A DNA stretch of 64,000 nucleotides from a virus (Duplodnaviria; Caudoviricetes): IMG/VR virus record IMGVR_UViG_3300009159_000072, positions 276 through 64,275 of that record, one strand, 5' to 3'. The notes under the pieces were generated by a model. That model was not told where the DNA came from and searched no databases. It saw only the letters and a program-made list of their open reading frames with translations. The translations under genes were made by a program, and so were the position numbers. Positions within the stretch are counted from its first letter, which is position 1. Each line of letters opens with the position of its first letter. Shown here piece by piece: positions 1-10,348 of this stretch.

Positions 1-1088
1 TTACTTCTGCATATCAAGCTAACGTTGGTGCTGGTCGTATTGCTGACCAAGCCTCTGCACAAGCTAACGTTGGTACTGGACTTATTGCAGTCACTTCTGC
101 ATATCAAGCTAACTCTGGTGCTGGACTTATATCTTTAAATTCTAGTTTAACATCAGCTTACCAAGCAAACGTAGGTGCCGGTTTAATTGCCACAACCAAT
201 GCGGCTCAAGCAAACGTAGGCGCAGGACTAATTTCTCTAAACTCAACATTGACTTCAGCTTACCAAGCTAACGTAGGTGCTGGTTTAATTACACTGAATT
301 CAAATTTAACTTCTGCATATCAAGCTAACGTAGGTGCAGGACGTATTGTTGACCAAGCCTCTGCACAGGCTAATACAGGCGCTGGTCTTATTGCAGTTAC
401 TTCAGCTTATCAAGTTAACGTAGGTTCTGGTTTAATTGCCACAGCTAATGCGGCTCAGGCTAACGTTGGTGCAGGTTTAATCAGTTTAAATTCTTCACTT
501 ACATCTGCATACCAAGCTAACTCTGGTGCTGGATTAATTTCGTTAAACTCTAGCTTAACATCCGCATATCAAGCAAACGTAGGTGCTGGTCGTATTACCG
601 ACCAAGCCTCCGCACAAGCTAACACGGGTGCTGGTTTAATCACTGCTAAAGCTAACTGGGAAGCAAACACTGGTGCTGGATTAATCACGAAAGTATCCAA
701 AGCTGGTGATAACATGACTGGTGGCTTGTATGCACCATCATTAGCGGCTAATACAACAGTCACAATCAATACTGCATTGACACAAGGTGCTACAGTAGTT
801 ACAACTGCAAGCACATCACAAATTACATTAGATTCATTCTCAACAAGTACATATCGTTCTGCAAAATACTTTGTCCAGATGACTAGTGGTTCTGCATATC
901 ATATCATTGAACTAAGCGTTCTGCATGATGGTACAACCGCATACTTAACACAGTATGGTGAAATTAAGACTGGTGCTACATTAGGTGTATTCGACTCAAC
1001 AATCTCAACAGGTACATTGAGTCTACTATTTACACCAAATAACTCAATAACTACCGTTAAGGCAAGTATTAACAAAATAGCGGTATAA
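1..1088 (+). CDS. Virion structural/tail fibre-like protein with SAYQANVGAGLI repeats (5'-truncated by the window)
   Basis: The frame is open from position 3 (TSAYQANVGAGRI...) through the 249..1088 ORF. It has many 15-22 aa repeats and a C-terminal beta domain (DSFSTSTYRSAKYFVQ) typical of T4-like structural proteins. Confidence 0.75.
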   Translation, partial: TSAYQANVGAGRIADQASAQANVGTGLIAVTSAYQANSGAGLISLNSSLTSAYQANVGAGLIATTNAAQANVGAGLISLNSTLTSAYQANVGAGLITLNSNLTSAYQANVGAGRIVDQASAQANTGAGLIAVTSAYQVNVGSGLIATANAAQANVGAGLISLNSSLTSAYQANSGAGLISLNSSLTSAYQANVGAGRITDQASAQANTGAGLITAKANWEANTGAGLITKVSKAGDNMTGGLYAPSLAANTTVTINTALTQGATVVTTASTSQITLDSFSTSTYRSAKYFVQMTSGSAYHIIELSVLHDGTTAYLTQYGEIKTGATLGVFDSTISTGTLSLLFTPNNSITTVKASINKIAV

Positions 1089-1091
1089 ATA
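1084..1091 (+). promoter_or_regulatory. T4-type late promoter TATAAATA
   Basis: Exact T4 late consensus upstream of ORF 1120. Confidence 0.7.
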
Positions 1092-1119
1092 AAATAACAG
1101 ACTAAGTGGAGAATGAAAC

Positions 1120-1542
1120 TTGTCAAATCAAAATTTTATAGTTAAGAATGGCTTAACCGTTGGTATAACTGACGTAGTAGCCGCAAACGGTGCATGGACA
1201 GGATTACCAATTGGTTTTGCAACCAACTCAGGTAACACCAGCAATATCAGCATCACAAACGATGCAACAACAAGTGCAGTCGTTTTCCCTGTTTGGTCAA
1301 CCGCAAACACAGGCAATCTCTCCCTCAAAGTAACCTCAACAAAATTGACATATAACCCAAGTACGGGTGAAATGAGAACTACAGCATTTGTTGATAATAA
1401 TGCTATCATGGTTGTTAATACTACAGTCACAGAAAATTATACAATCGCCACAGGAACAAATGGACTATCAGTTGGTCCAGTTACTGTTGCTAATGGCGCA
1501 ACTCTTACACTGTCCTCTGGACAGAGATATATTGTCTTATGA
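1120..1542 (+). CDS. Small virion structural protein (tail-fibre associated)
   Basis: TTG start after GGAG; T/N/G-rich beta sequence; NFIVKNGL N-terminus; located in the fibre cluster. Confidence 0.65.
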   Translation: MSNQNFIVKNGLTVGITDVVAANGAWTGLPIGFATNSGNTSNISITNDATTSAVVFPVWSTANTGNLSLKVTSTKLTYNPSTGEMRTTAFVDNNAIMVVNTTVTENYTIATGTNGLSVGPVTVANGATLTLSSGQRYIVL

Positions 1543-3194
1543 GTAGCATATCTTCAGGCACACTAGTTAATACCGGTTTAGTTGTTGCATCAGATACATC
1601 CGGTAATTTGGTTGTAAAAACTGGAGCCACAGGTAATACTGCGGCAGTTTTTGATGCTAATGGTAGTGTCAACTTTGGTTACTCAGTTACTCATGGTGTT
1701 GGTACAGCCAACGGCGTTGCCTACCTGAACGGTAGCAAAGTCGTAACCACAGGGTCTGCGCTGACGTTTGATGGTACGAACTTGGGTATTGGGACAAGTT
1801 TACCATCGGCTCCACTAGATATTTCTGGTTCTGGCGCTACTTCTGTTATTACATCCACAAGTGCATCAAGCTATTCGGTTTTGCGATTGAGAAACACAGG
1901 CGCTTCTGGTAAAACGTATGAGATTGCTGTTGGTGGCTCTGGTACTGGTGCTGTGGCTAACAGTTGGTATGTGTACGATGGTTCAGCGTCTACTGTTCGT
2001 ATGCTTCTTGATGCTAATGGTAATTTTGGTATTGGTACAAGTTCGCCAGTAAACCTTGGTACAGGCCGCACAAGTTTGACACTTAACGGATCAACTGATT
2101 CACTTATTTGGATGTATTCAAATGGTGTAGCTTCTGGATATATTCAAGGAACCAGTACCGATATGAACTTTGTAAGTTCATCTAATAAAAACGTAACTAT
2201 TACCGCCCAAGGTACTGGAACTCAAAATTTTTCAACGAATTCAGTATCTCGAATGGTGATTGATGCTTCTGGTAACATTTTGGTCGGAACTGGAGCAGGC
2301 ATAGATGCTCGCCTTACAGTTTATGGCGCTGGAACAACATCAGCAAACTACACAAACGGTGATGCTACAGGAGCCACTATATATTTACGAGACAGTGGAG
2401 GATTAAGTGGAAACGGTGGCCAAATTTTATTTGGTTCTACATTTGGTGTTCATGCAGGTATTAAAGGACTTGTTACAAACGGTACTGGCCCTGCGGGAGA
2501 ATTGGTATTCCAAACCCGAACTACCAGTGGCAACGTAGTTGAACGGGCACGTATTGACTACCTTGGCAAATTTATGGTTGGCACTACGGGTTCCATTGGA
2601 AGTGCAACAGGCACTTTTGTAGCCGCAAATGATGTTGCGGGTCTATATATTGGAACTTCTACACCCCAAGGTCTCTATATTTCTGCTAATTCAACAAGTA
2701 GATATGTAACTTTTGCTTCAAGCGGAGCATTCAGTGGTGGTTACATTTTTAATGTCGGTAATACTGAAGCCGCTCGTATTACTCTTAGTGGAGGAATGTC
2801 TGTTGGTACAAGCGCAGACCCTGGTTTTGGAGGAATTTATTCTACAGGTAACATGACTGCATATTACTCCGATAAACGACTGAAGACTGTCCGTGGTAAG
2901 ATTAAGAATGCCTTAGATAAAGTTGATGCACTATCAGGAGTTTATTATACTAATAATGATATTGCCAAGTTGTATGGGTATACTGGAGATGAAGTTCAAG
3001 TTGGTGTCTTGGCTCAAGATGTCGAGACTGTTTTACCGGAAATTGTCAAAGCGGCACCATTTGACTTGGATGAAAATGGAAACAGTAAGTCTGGAGAAGA
3101 CTATAAAACAGTTCAATATGAACGCATAGTACCCCTGTTGATTGAAGCTATCAAGGAACTACGTGCAGAAATTAAATTGTTGAAGGGAGAGTAA
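1539..3194 (+). CDS. Tail fibre protein with C-terminal intramolecular chaperone (peptidase S74-like) domain
   Basis: GN(F/V)GIGTSSP fibre repeats; C-terminal YYSDKRLK...GVLAQDVE...YERIVPLLIEAIKEL. Confidence 0.85.
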   Translation: MSSISSGTLVNTGLVVASDTSGNLVVKTGATGNTAAVFDANGSVNFGYSVTHGVGTANGVAYLNGSKVVTTGSALTFDGTNLGIGTSLPSAPLDISGSGATSVITSTSASSYSVLRLRNTGASGKTYEIAVGGSGTGAVANSWYVYDGSASTVRMLLDANGNFGIGTSSPVNLGTGRTSLTLNGSTDSLIWMYSNGVASGYIQGTSTDMNFVSSSNKNVTITAQGTGTQNFSTNSVSRMVIDASGNILVGTGAGIDARLTVYGAGTTSANYTNGDATGATIYLRDSGGLSGNGGQILFGSTFGVHAGIKGLVTNGTGPAGELVFQTRTTSGNVVERARIDYLGKFMVGTTGSIGSATGTFVAANDVAGLYIGTSTPQGLYISANSTSRYVTFASSGAFSGGYIFNVGNTEAARITLSGGMSVGTSADPGFGGIYSTGNMTAYYSDKRLKTVRGKIKNALDKVDALSGVYYTNNDIAKLYGYTGDEVQVGVLAQDVETVLPEIVKAAPFDLDENGNSKSGEDYKTVQYERIVPLLIEAIKELRAEIKLLKGE

Positions 3195-3195
3195 T

Positions 3196-3999
3196 TTGAC
3201 AATTACAAACACAAATGTTAGTTTGGCTGATGTTAATTCAAACCTTAATAGAGTATCATCTTCACAGGCAACTTTTACCGCACATGTTGCTCAATTGAGA
3301 TCAACTTTTGCTGGCACACCTGTTAGTGCTAGTGAAACCCGTGGCAGAGTTAAAGATAGTGGTTACGTATGTTTAATTAAATGTGATGGTGCAAATAACT
3401 CAACTTCTGTAAGTGATATTACAAATACTTTCGCTCTTACTTCTATTGGTACTGCAACTATTTCAACTGCACAGAGTAAGTTTGGTAGCGCATCTCTTTA
3501 TACAAATACTACTGCCACGAGTTTTGCATTAACAAATAATCCATCAAATACCAATTTGACATCTTATAGCGGTGATTGGACTATCGAGATGTTCGTTTAC
3601 TATCAAAACGGTGGATCAAGTGTTATGCGTTTCATTAGCGGATTTGCAGGTTCATATGATTCTTCAATTCGTTTTTATGCTACCGGTTTACATGCTTATT
3701 ATTTTGAACCACCAAGTAACACATTTAGGTCAATTACATATAATCTTGCTTCATTACCAACTAACACATGGATTCATTGTGCTTTCGTAAAATCAGGAAC
3801 AAATTTGTATTTGTACTATAATGGTAGTCAAGTCGGCACAACAACATGTGCAAGTGTTGCTATGCCAATGAGTGGTTTTTATGTTGGCAACTCAGGTAGT
3901 GAATTCTTTACTGGCTATTTGGATGAAATTCGGTTTTCAAATTATGCCAGATACACTGCTTCAACATATACTGTACCGACAGCATCATATGATGCGTAA
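3196..3999 (+). CDS. Concanavalin A-like lectin/LamG domain virion protein
   Basis: AQSKFGSASL...DWTIEMFVY...WIHCAFVK...LYYNG...GYLDEIRFSNYARY pattern of a LamG domain. Confidence 0.8.
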   Translation: MTITNTNVSLADVNSNLNRVSSSQATFTAHVAQLRSTFAGTPVSASETRGRVKDSGYVCLIKCDGANNSTSVSDITNTFALTSIGTATISTAQSKFGSASLYTNTTATSFALTNNPSNTNLTSYSGDWTIEMFVYYQNGGSSVMRFISGFAGSYDSSIRFYATGLHAYYFEPPSNTFRSITYNLASLPTNTWIHCAFVKSGTNLYLYYNGSQVGTTTCASVAMPMSGFYVGNSGSEFFTGYLDEIRFSNYARYTASTYTVPTASYDA

Positions 4000-4013
4000 A
4001 ATATTAGGAGATA

Positions 4014-4373
4014 TTGATGTCAAATTATAAACAAACTTCAGTTGTAGGCGAATCATGGGTTCGTGCATACAGCATTATTATTAACAATTTAATTAATCAA
4101 CCCAAGACTATTCATTTTCAAGAAGAAAAAGCAATTGTCACGGATGATGGTGATGTATTAACTAAACGAGTTGGTGAAGTTTCTGAAAAATTTAATGATG
4201 AAAATGCAAACACCGAATTCGATTTACTAAATCCAGAAACTGGTGAAGTCATAAGAACAACTACGTATAGCGAAGTATATGCAATTCTTCATAGCCTTTA
4301 TATGCACTTGGCAGTTGAACGTGATGTTCGATTAGCTACTCCTGTAACTATTGCTGAACCATTGCCGATGTAA
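4014..4373 (+). CDS. Hypothetical protein (tail-fibre accessory)
   Basis: 119-aa ORF with AGGAG SD, between fibre genes. Confidence 0.65.
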   Translation: MMSNYKQTSVVGESWVRAYSIIINNLINQPKTIHFQEEKAIVTDDGDVLTKRVGEVSEKFNDENANTEFDLLNPETGEVIRTTTYSEVYAILHSLYMHLAVERDVRLATPVTIAEPLPM

Positions 4374-4398
4374 ATTAATATAGAATAAATAAAAATCT

Positions 4399-6351
4399 AT
4401 GAGCAATATAATCTCCGCCGATAACGGTTCATTTACAGGCACCGCAGGTTTCAAATTAAGTAGTGATACTTCTGGTGCATTAGCGTTTCAAACAGGTAAT
4501 AACGTTACTGCGTTAACGGTGGATTCTAGTCAAAACTTATCTCTGGTTGGTGGTTTAACAGTAAGTGGTTCAGTTACTCATAGTGCCGGTACAGCTAACG
4601 GAGTAGCGTATCTCAACGGTAGCAAAGTATTGACTACGGGGTCTGCGCTGACGTTTGATGGGACGGATTTTACTGTTAGCGGAGGCAATGCAAGAATTAA
4701 TAAAAGTTCTAACGCTTCTATTCTTACGCTTGGCGGCTCACCATCCAACAATTGGGAAGGTGATATTCAATTTCTGACGAGCAATGCTGTAACTAATTGG
4801 CGACTTGCTTCAAATAGATTAGTTAGTGGTGCCTTCACAATTACACCATCTACTGCGGGTGGCGGTTCTACGTTTACAACCCCTGCTGTAACAATTGACT
4901 CCTCCGGTAACGTAGGTATTGGGACAAGTTCACCATCATCAAGACTTTCATTTGGTGCAAACATTGGGCGTGATTTTGCTGTATATGAAGGGGCAGGCGG
5001 TGCTAACAAATATGGCATTGGCATGGGTGGTGCTGGAACTGGCGGTGATCCATATAGAACAAAATTGTACGCCAACGGCACTGAGTATTTATGTATTGAT
5101 TCCAATGGCAACGTGGGCATTGGGACAAGTTCGCCAACTACTTATGGTGGATTTTCATCGATTGCACTTAATAATACCACTGGAGGTTTATTAGATTTTT
5201 CTGCTGCTGGAACAGTACAAGGACAAGTCTTTTCTTCTGCGACTGAAATGCGTTTTACAAAAGTAGGCGCAAATTTCATGGCATTTTATACTAACGCAGC
5301 AGAACGGATGCGTATCGACTCCTCCGGTAACGTAGGTATTGGGACTGTTCCATCCAACAGACTTGATGTAACCGCAGCATTAGGCGTAGTTAACGTATCG
5401 TCAAGCACAGGTACAAACTACGTTAAATTACAAGTCAATAACACAGGCGGCTCTTTCCAGTTTGCAATAGAGAATTCAGCAGGCAGTAACTTTGGTGCTC
5501 CAGCTTATTCGCGAGTACTTTGGAATGACGGCGCATACCCTACCGTTTTCTTTGTTAACGCAACGCAACGAATGACGCTTTTTCCAAGCGGTAATTTTGG
5601 TGTTGGAAACACAGGCGATGCTTACAAATTTACAGTATATGGATCAACGCCAGATATAGTGACTTTTCACAACGGGGCGAATGGTACTCGTGGGTATATT
5701 ACGTCAGATAATTCTGCGGTGTATTTGGGTACAACATATTCAGGTGGCGGTGTTCCAATTATTTTTGCACAAGGCGGATTGGGTTCAAGTGGTGCAGAAC
5801 GTGCCCGTATAGACTCCAGTGGGAATTTGCTGGTGGGGACTACGAATTCGGCAGGTTTTTCTACAGCCACTGGCGCTCAGACCACTCCAAGTGGGAGATT
5901 TTTGGCTACTTGCTCGGGGGACACGGCTTTTGCTGGAAGTCGTTTGGGTTCTGATGGAAACGTTGCGTCTTGGTATAGAAACACAGCTCTTGTTGGTAGC
6001 ATTTCTGTTACCGCAAGTGCAACAGCTTACAACACATCATCAGATTACAGGTTGAAGGATGATATTGCACCAATGAACAATGCGCTTTCCAAGGTCGCTG
6101 CGCTTAAGCCTGTTACCTACAAATGGAAATCCACTGGCGAATTTTCTCAGGGGTTCATTGCTCACGAACTTCAAACTGTTGTGCCTGAATGCGTAAGTGG
6201 CGAAAAAGATGCAGTGGATGCTGAAGGCAAGCCACAGTACCAAGGCATCGACACCAGCTTCTTGGTGGCTACATTAACAGCCGCCATTCAAGAACAACAA
6301 GCCCTTATCGAATCACTCACAACCCGCCTCACGGCACTGGAGCAAGCATGA
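4399..6351 (+). CDS. Tail fibre protein with C-terminal intramolecular chaperone (peptidase S74-like) domain
   Basis: Repeated RIDSSGNVGIGT motifs; C-terminal SSDYRLK...GFIAHELQ...LTAAIQE; late-promoter-like AATAAATA at 4384-4391. Confidence 0.85.
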   Translation: MSNIISADNGSFTGTAGFKLSSDTSGALAFQTGNNVTALTVDSSQNLSLVGGLTVSGSVTHSAGTANGVAYLNGSKVLTTGSALTFDGTDFTVSGGNARINKSSNASILTLGGSPSNNWEGDIQFLTSNAVTNWRLASNRLVSGAFTITPSTAGGGSTFTTPAVTIDSSGNVGIGTSSPSSRLSFGANIGRDFAVYEGAGGANKYGIGMGGAGTGGDPYRTKLYANGTEYLCIDSNGNVGIGTSSPTTYGGFSSIALNNTTGGLLDFSAAGTVQGQVFSSATEMRFTKVGANFMAFYTNAAERMRIDSSGNVGIGTVPSNRLDVTAALGVVNVSSSTGTNYVKLQVNNTGGSFQFAIENSAGSNFGAPAYSRVLWNDGAYPTVFFVNATQRMTLFPSGNFGVGNTGDAYKFTVYGSTPDIVTFHNGANGTRGYITSDNSAVYLGTTYSGGGVPIIFAQGGLGSSGAERARIDSSGNLLVGTTNSAGFSTATGAQTTPSGRFLATCSGDTAFAGSRLGSDGNVASWYRNTALVGSISVTASATAYNTSSDYRLKDDIAPMNNALSKVAALKPVTYKWKSTGEFSQGFIAHELQTVVPECVSGEKDAVDAEGKPQYQGIDTSFLVATLTAAIQEQQALIESLTTRLTALEQA

Positions 6352-7025
6352 GTATTATCTTTGACGGCACACTAGGTCAAATTACACAAACTGGAGCGCA
6401 AACATTTTCGACAGATGTTTCTGTTGCGGGTATACTAACTGTACGTGGAATGGATCCTCTCGGTACTGCTAATAGTGCATTTGGTCAAGCTAATCTGGCT
6501 TATACTGCGTCTAATACCGCAGTCACTACTGGTCAAGCTAACGTTGGTGCTGGACTTATTACTACGACAAGTGCATATCAAGCTAACTCTGGTGCCGGTC
6601 TAATCTCATTAAGTTCCAGTTTAACTTCTGCTTACCAAGCTAACGTTGGTGCTGGTTTAATTGCTACGGCTTCTGCGGCTCAAACATTAACTAATAAACG
6701 AATTGACCCACGGGTATTAAGCACAACATCTTCCGCTTCTGCCGTCACTCCCGACATTAGCGCATATGACATTTACGCATGGACAGCACAAGCGGCTACA
6801 TTGACAATCAACGCACCCATTGGAACGCCATTAAATGGCGACAAATTGATTTTCCGCATCTTAGATAACGGAACTTCTCAAACGCTTTCTTGGAACGCAA
6901 CATTTACAGCAATGTCTGCCACATTGCCTACTGTAACAACTCCCAATAAAATGACGTATGTTGGGTGTATTTACAATGCAGCCAACACTCGGTGGGATGT
7001 TATTGCACTAACAACACAGGCATAA
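6348..7025 (+). CDS. Virion structural protein (fibre-associated, QANVGAG repeats)
   Basis: Shares the QANVGAG repeats; contains QTLTNK and a C-terminal beta domain (GDKLIFRILDNGT...YVGCIYN...WDVIA). Confidence 0.7.
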   Translation: MSIIFDGTLGQITQTGAQTFSTDVSVAGILTVRGMDPLGTANSAFGQANLAYTASNTAVTTGQANVGAGLITTTSAYQANSGAGLISLSSSLTSAYQANVGAGLIATASAAQTLTNKRIDPRVLSTTSSASAVTPDISAYDIYAWTAQAATLTINAPIGTPLNGDKLIFRILDNGTSQTLSWNATFTAMSATLPTVTTPNKMTYVGCIYNAANTRWDVIALTTQA

Positions 7026-7027
7026 AA

Positions 7028-7249
7028 ATGATTAAATTTGATTTTGAACGTGATACCCAATACGGTGTGTACCGTGATGCCATTACCCTGCCAGATGACC
7101 ACGGTTTATCTGATGCTGACATTGAAGCAATGATGCAACAGCGCGTTGACAATTGGGTTGCGTATGTAAGCAACCCGCCGCAGCCAGAGCCAGAGCCAGA
7201 ACCTGAGTTTGTGGAAATTGATGGCGTGAAATACCAAAAGGTGCAGTAA
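7028..7249 (+). CDS. Small hypothetical protein
   Basis: ATG at 7028 just after the previous stop; its stop overlaps the next ATG. Confidence 0.6.
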   Translation: MIKFDFERDTQYGVYRDAITLPDDHGLSDADIEAMMQQRVDNWVAYVSNPPQPEPEPEPEFVEIDGVKYQKVQ

Positions 7250-10200
7250 TGGCAACGCTTTATTGGGGCGGCGGCACAGGAACTTGGGCAGGATTTACCA
7301 CTGGGAATTGGTACACCGATCTTGGGCGTACAGTGCTCTCAACGCGTGCGCCTTCCGCAGAAGATGATGTTATTTTTGACGCTACCTCAAATGCAACAGC
7401 ATACACAGTCACGGTTGGTGCGCTTGCGGTTTGTCGCAATATTACTGTTGCTGGCCCCGCTTCTGGCAACATCACTCTTGATGGCTTCGATGATATATAT
7501 ATTTATGGCGGTTTAACATTCCCGGCAACTGGTTTAACCCTCACTTATAGTGGTGCAATTCAATTTTATGGCACAGGAAATCACACCATTACAACTAACG
7601 GCATAGCATTGGTTTCTAGTATTACATTTGCTGGAACAGGCACTTACACTCTGCAAGACGCTTTTAACAATTCAGGATATGCCATTAACGTCAATGCTGG
7701 AACATTTAATACAAACGGTCAAACTTTAACAGCTTTTAGTATTTCCACTTCTAGTGGCGCAACAACTGCCGGAATTTTAAATCTTGGCGCATCAACAGTA
7801 AACATCACTAGTTTTGCTCCTAACGGACCATTAATAGTAAATGGCGGCACATCTAATATTACATTGTCATCCACTGGTATGGGATTTTCAGCCAATTTTA
7901 TTGGAGGCACGTTTTATAACGTCACATATACTTCCGCTGGATTATCCAATTTTTACGGTACAAACACATTTAATAATTTAACATTTGCAACCGCATCAAC
8001 AGCTACTGTTAACTCAATTGTTTTATACGGCAATTTAACTGTAAATGGGACATTAACTATTGCGGGTCAATTATCTGTGCGCCGATTTATGATTCGCTCA
8101 TCTGTTATTGGCACTTCTCGCACAATTACAGCTAATGCTGTTGCAACGTTAACCGATGTTGATTTTCGTGACATTGTTGTAGCGGGGACATCCGCACCGT
8201 GGTCAGGCACTCGTTTGGGCGATTGCGGAGGCAATACAAACATTACTTTTCCTGCTGCTAAAACAGTTTACTGGAATAGTTTAACTGGTGGCGCTTGGTC
8301 AGGGACATTTTGGGCGGCTTCTTCTGGTGGAGCAGTTAGCGCTGATAATTTTCCGCTGGCTCAAGATACGGCAATTATTAATGACACAGGTCTTAATTCA
8401 GGCGCTTCGATTACTGGTTTTTCTTCATACAACCTTAAAACTTTAACATCCACAAAAACAAACGCATTTACGTTGACTGGTTCACAGCCATTTATTTATG
8501 GCGATTTAACTGCAACTGCATCAATGACAATGAGTAGTTTTCAGCCACATTTTGCGGGGAGAGTCACACAAAATTTGACTAGCGCAGCAAACTCACTGCA
8601 AGTAATTTACATTGGCAATTATGGCGTTTCTTTAAGATTGGTAGACAATTTAACAGTTACCACTATGGTATGGAATTCTGGTGGTTTAGATACAAATTCC
8701 AGATCAATAACATTTACATCTGGTATTACAATTGGTCAGACAGGATTACCTTTTGCTTTAACACTTGGTTCAAGCGCACTAACATTAGCAAGCGGAGGAA
8801 TTAGCAGCAGCAGCGCTAGCCCATTAATAATGACTGTTAGCGCAGGTACATCTACTATCACATGCAACAATGCTTCGGTATCTTTTGGCATACTTGGGCA
8901 AAATATTACTTGGTACAATGTAATTTGTCCTACGGCTCTTACACAAGCCATACTTTTCGGAACAAACACTTTTAATAATTTGACGTATACTGCGCCAAGC
9001 GCAGGCACTGGTCTTATCCTTTTTAGATTGTATGGAAATTTAACCGTAACTGGAACATTGGCATTTGGAGGAGGGCCTTCGGTTCTCAAACGATTAAACG
9101 TAGTTAGCGATACCCCCGGAATTCAAAGAACTATTACCGCTGCTACTGTAACCGGATTGTCTGATATTGACTTCCGTGACATTGCGGCGGCGGGAGCATC
9201 TGCGCCGTGGTCTGGAACTCGTTTGGGAAATTGTGCTGGAAATAGTGGCATTACTTTTGCGACTGGCGTAAACAAATATTGGAACCTTACGGGCGCTCAA
9301 AATTGGAACGCAACAGGATGGGCAACCACCAGCGGTGGAACACCAGCGGCAAATAATTTTCCGCTTGCTCAAGATACTGCGGTTTTTGATAACACCGGAG
9401 CAGCCACCTCTGTTGCGTTTTCTGTTGCATACAATGTTGGTTCTATTAACGCTTCTGCTCGTACAACAGCATTAACAATATCAAGTACCGCTGGTGCTAC
9501 AATTTTTGGGGATGTAAATATTTCTGGGTCTGGTATAACATTTACTTTTAATTTTACACTTACATTTTCAGGCTCATCTACACAAACTTTTACAACAGGG
9601 GGAAAATCCCTTGTTTGCGGTATTATAGTTAACAATTTATCATGTATTTTTCAACATGGTGATGCTTTAACTACAACAAGCTCTATAAATGTTACTAGTG
9701 GAAGTTACACAACACAAAATTACAACGTGAGTCTTCAAAGTCTTGTAAGCGGCGGAAATCTTTCCAGAAGTATTACCTTGGGAACAAGCACATTAACGTG
9801 TAGTTACAGCGCTGCATTTTCTGGAACAAATTTAACATTTAGCGGATTATCATCCACCATTATTTTGGCGGGGGCTGTAACTAGAAGTTTTGATGTCACA
9901 AATGTTGCTTTTGGCACTTTGTCAATTACCGGAGGAACCACTGCCAATGCTATAACTTTTTCTGGCAACCCTTCTTTTAAAACAATTTCTAATGCATCTG
10001 TTTATCCATATTTAATTTTTACGTCAGGGTCAACAGTAACCGTCAACAATTTTACTTATACAGGTGCAGTGAGTAACGTAGTGCGTATGTACACCACCAT
10101 CCCCGGACAGCGCGTATATTTTAAAAAAGGGAATAGCAACGCAATTGGGGCCAACACTGTCAACGGTGGCAACAACAGCAACTTGGCGTTTACAGGAACA

Positions 10201-10266
10201 TCGCAAGATTACTTTTACGCAAAAGACATTGTGTATTCTTTAGATAATTTTATTGCAATGTTTTAA
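7249..10266 (+). CDS. Large beta-helix/adhesin-like virion protein (1005 aa) with three internal repeats
   Basis: G/T/S/N-rich sequence; repeated YW...W motifs, FPLAQDTA and D(V/I)DFRDI...SAPWSGTRLG.C.GN units. Confidence 0.7.
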   Translation: MATLYWGGGTGTWAGFTTGNWYTDLGRTVLSTRAPSAEDDVIFDATSNATAYTVTVGALAVCRNITVAGPASGNITLDGFDDIYIYGGLTFPATGLTLTYSGAIQFYGTGNHTITTNGIALVSSITFAGTGTYTLQDAFNNSGYAINVNAGTFNTNGQTLTAFSISTSSGATTAGILNLGASTVNITSFAPNGPLIVNGGTSNITLSSTGMGFSANFIGGTFYNVTYTSAGLSNFYGTNTFNNLTFATASTATVNSIVLYGNLTVNGTLTIAGQLSVRRFMIRSSVIGTSRTITANAVATLTDVDFRDIVVAGTSAPWSGTRLGDCGGNTNITFPAAKTVYWNSLTGGAWSGTFWAASSGGAVSADNFPLAQDTAIINDTGLNSGASITGFSSYNLKTLTSTKTNAFTLTGSQPFIYGDLTATASMTMSSFQPHFAGRVTQNLTSAANSLQVIYIGNYGVSLRLVDNLTVTTMVWNSGGLDTNSRSITFTSGITIGQTGLPFALTLGSSALTLASGGISSSSASPLIMTVSAGTSTITCNNASVSFGILGQNITWYNVICPTALTQAILFGTNTFNNLTYTAPSAGTGLILFRLYGNLTVTGTLAFGGGPSVLKRLNVVSDTPGIQRTITAATVTGLSDIDFRDIAAAGASAPWSGTRLGNCAGNSGITFATGVNKYWNLTGAQNWNATGWATTSGGTPAANNFPLAQDTAVFDNTGAATSVAFSVAYNVGSINASARTTALTISSTAGATIFGDVNISGSGITFTFNFTLTFSGSSTQTFTTGGKSLVCGIIVNNLSCIFQHGDALTTTSSINVTSGSYTTQNYNVSLQSLVSGGNLSRSITLGTSTLTCSYSAAFSGTNLTFSGLSSTIILAGAVTRSFDVTNVAFGTLSITGGTTANAITFSGNPSFKTISNASVYPYLIFTSGSTVTVNNFTYTGAVSNVVRMYTTIPGQRVYFKKGNSNAIGANTVNGGNNSNLAFTGTSQDYFYAKDIVYSLDNFIAMF

Positions 10267-10348
10267 CATTAACAACACATAAAAATTGAAGAATTAAAAG
10301 AATTAGTATTATTACGACAATAAATAGCCAATAACAGAGGAAATTTAA

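Noticed and set aside
1-700. Regularly spaced DNA repeats resembling a CRISPR array
   Set aside because: The repeats are degenerate at third codon positions and encode in-frame protein repeats. There are no unique spacers or cas genes.
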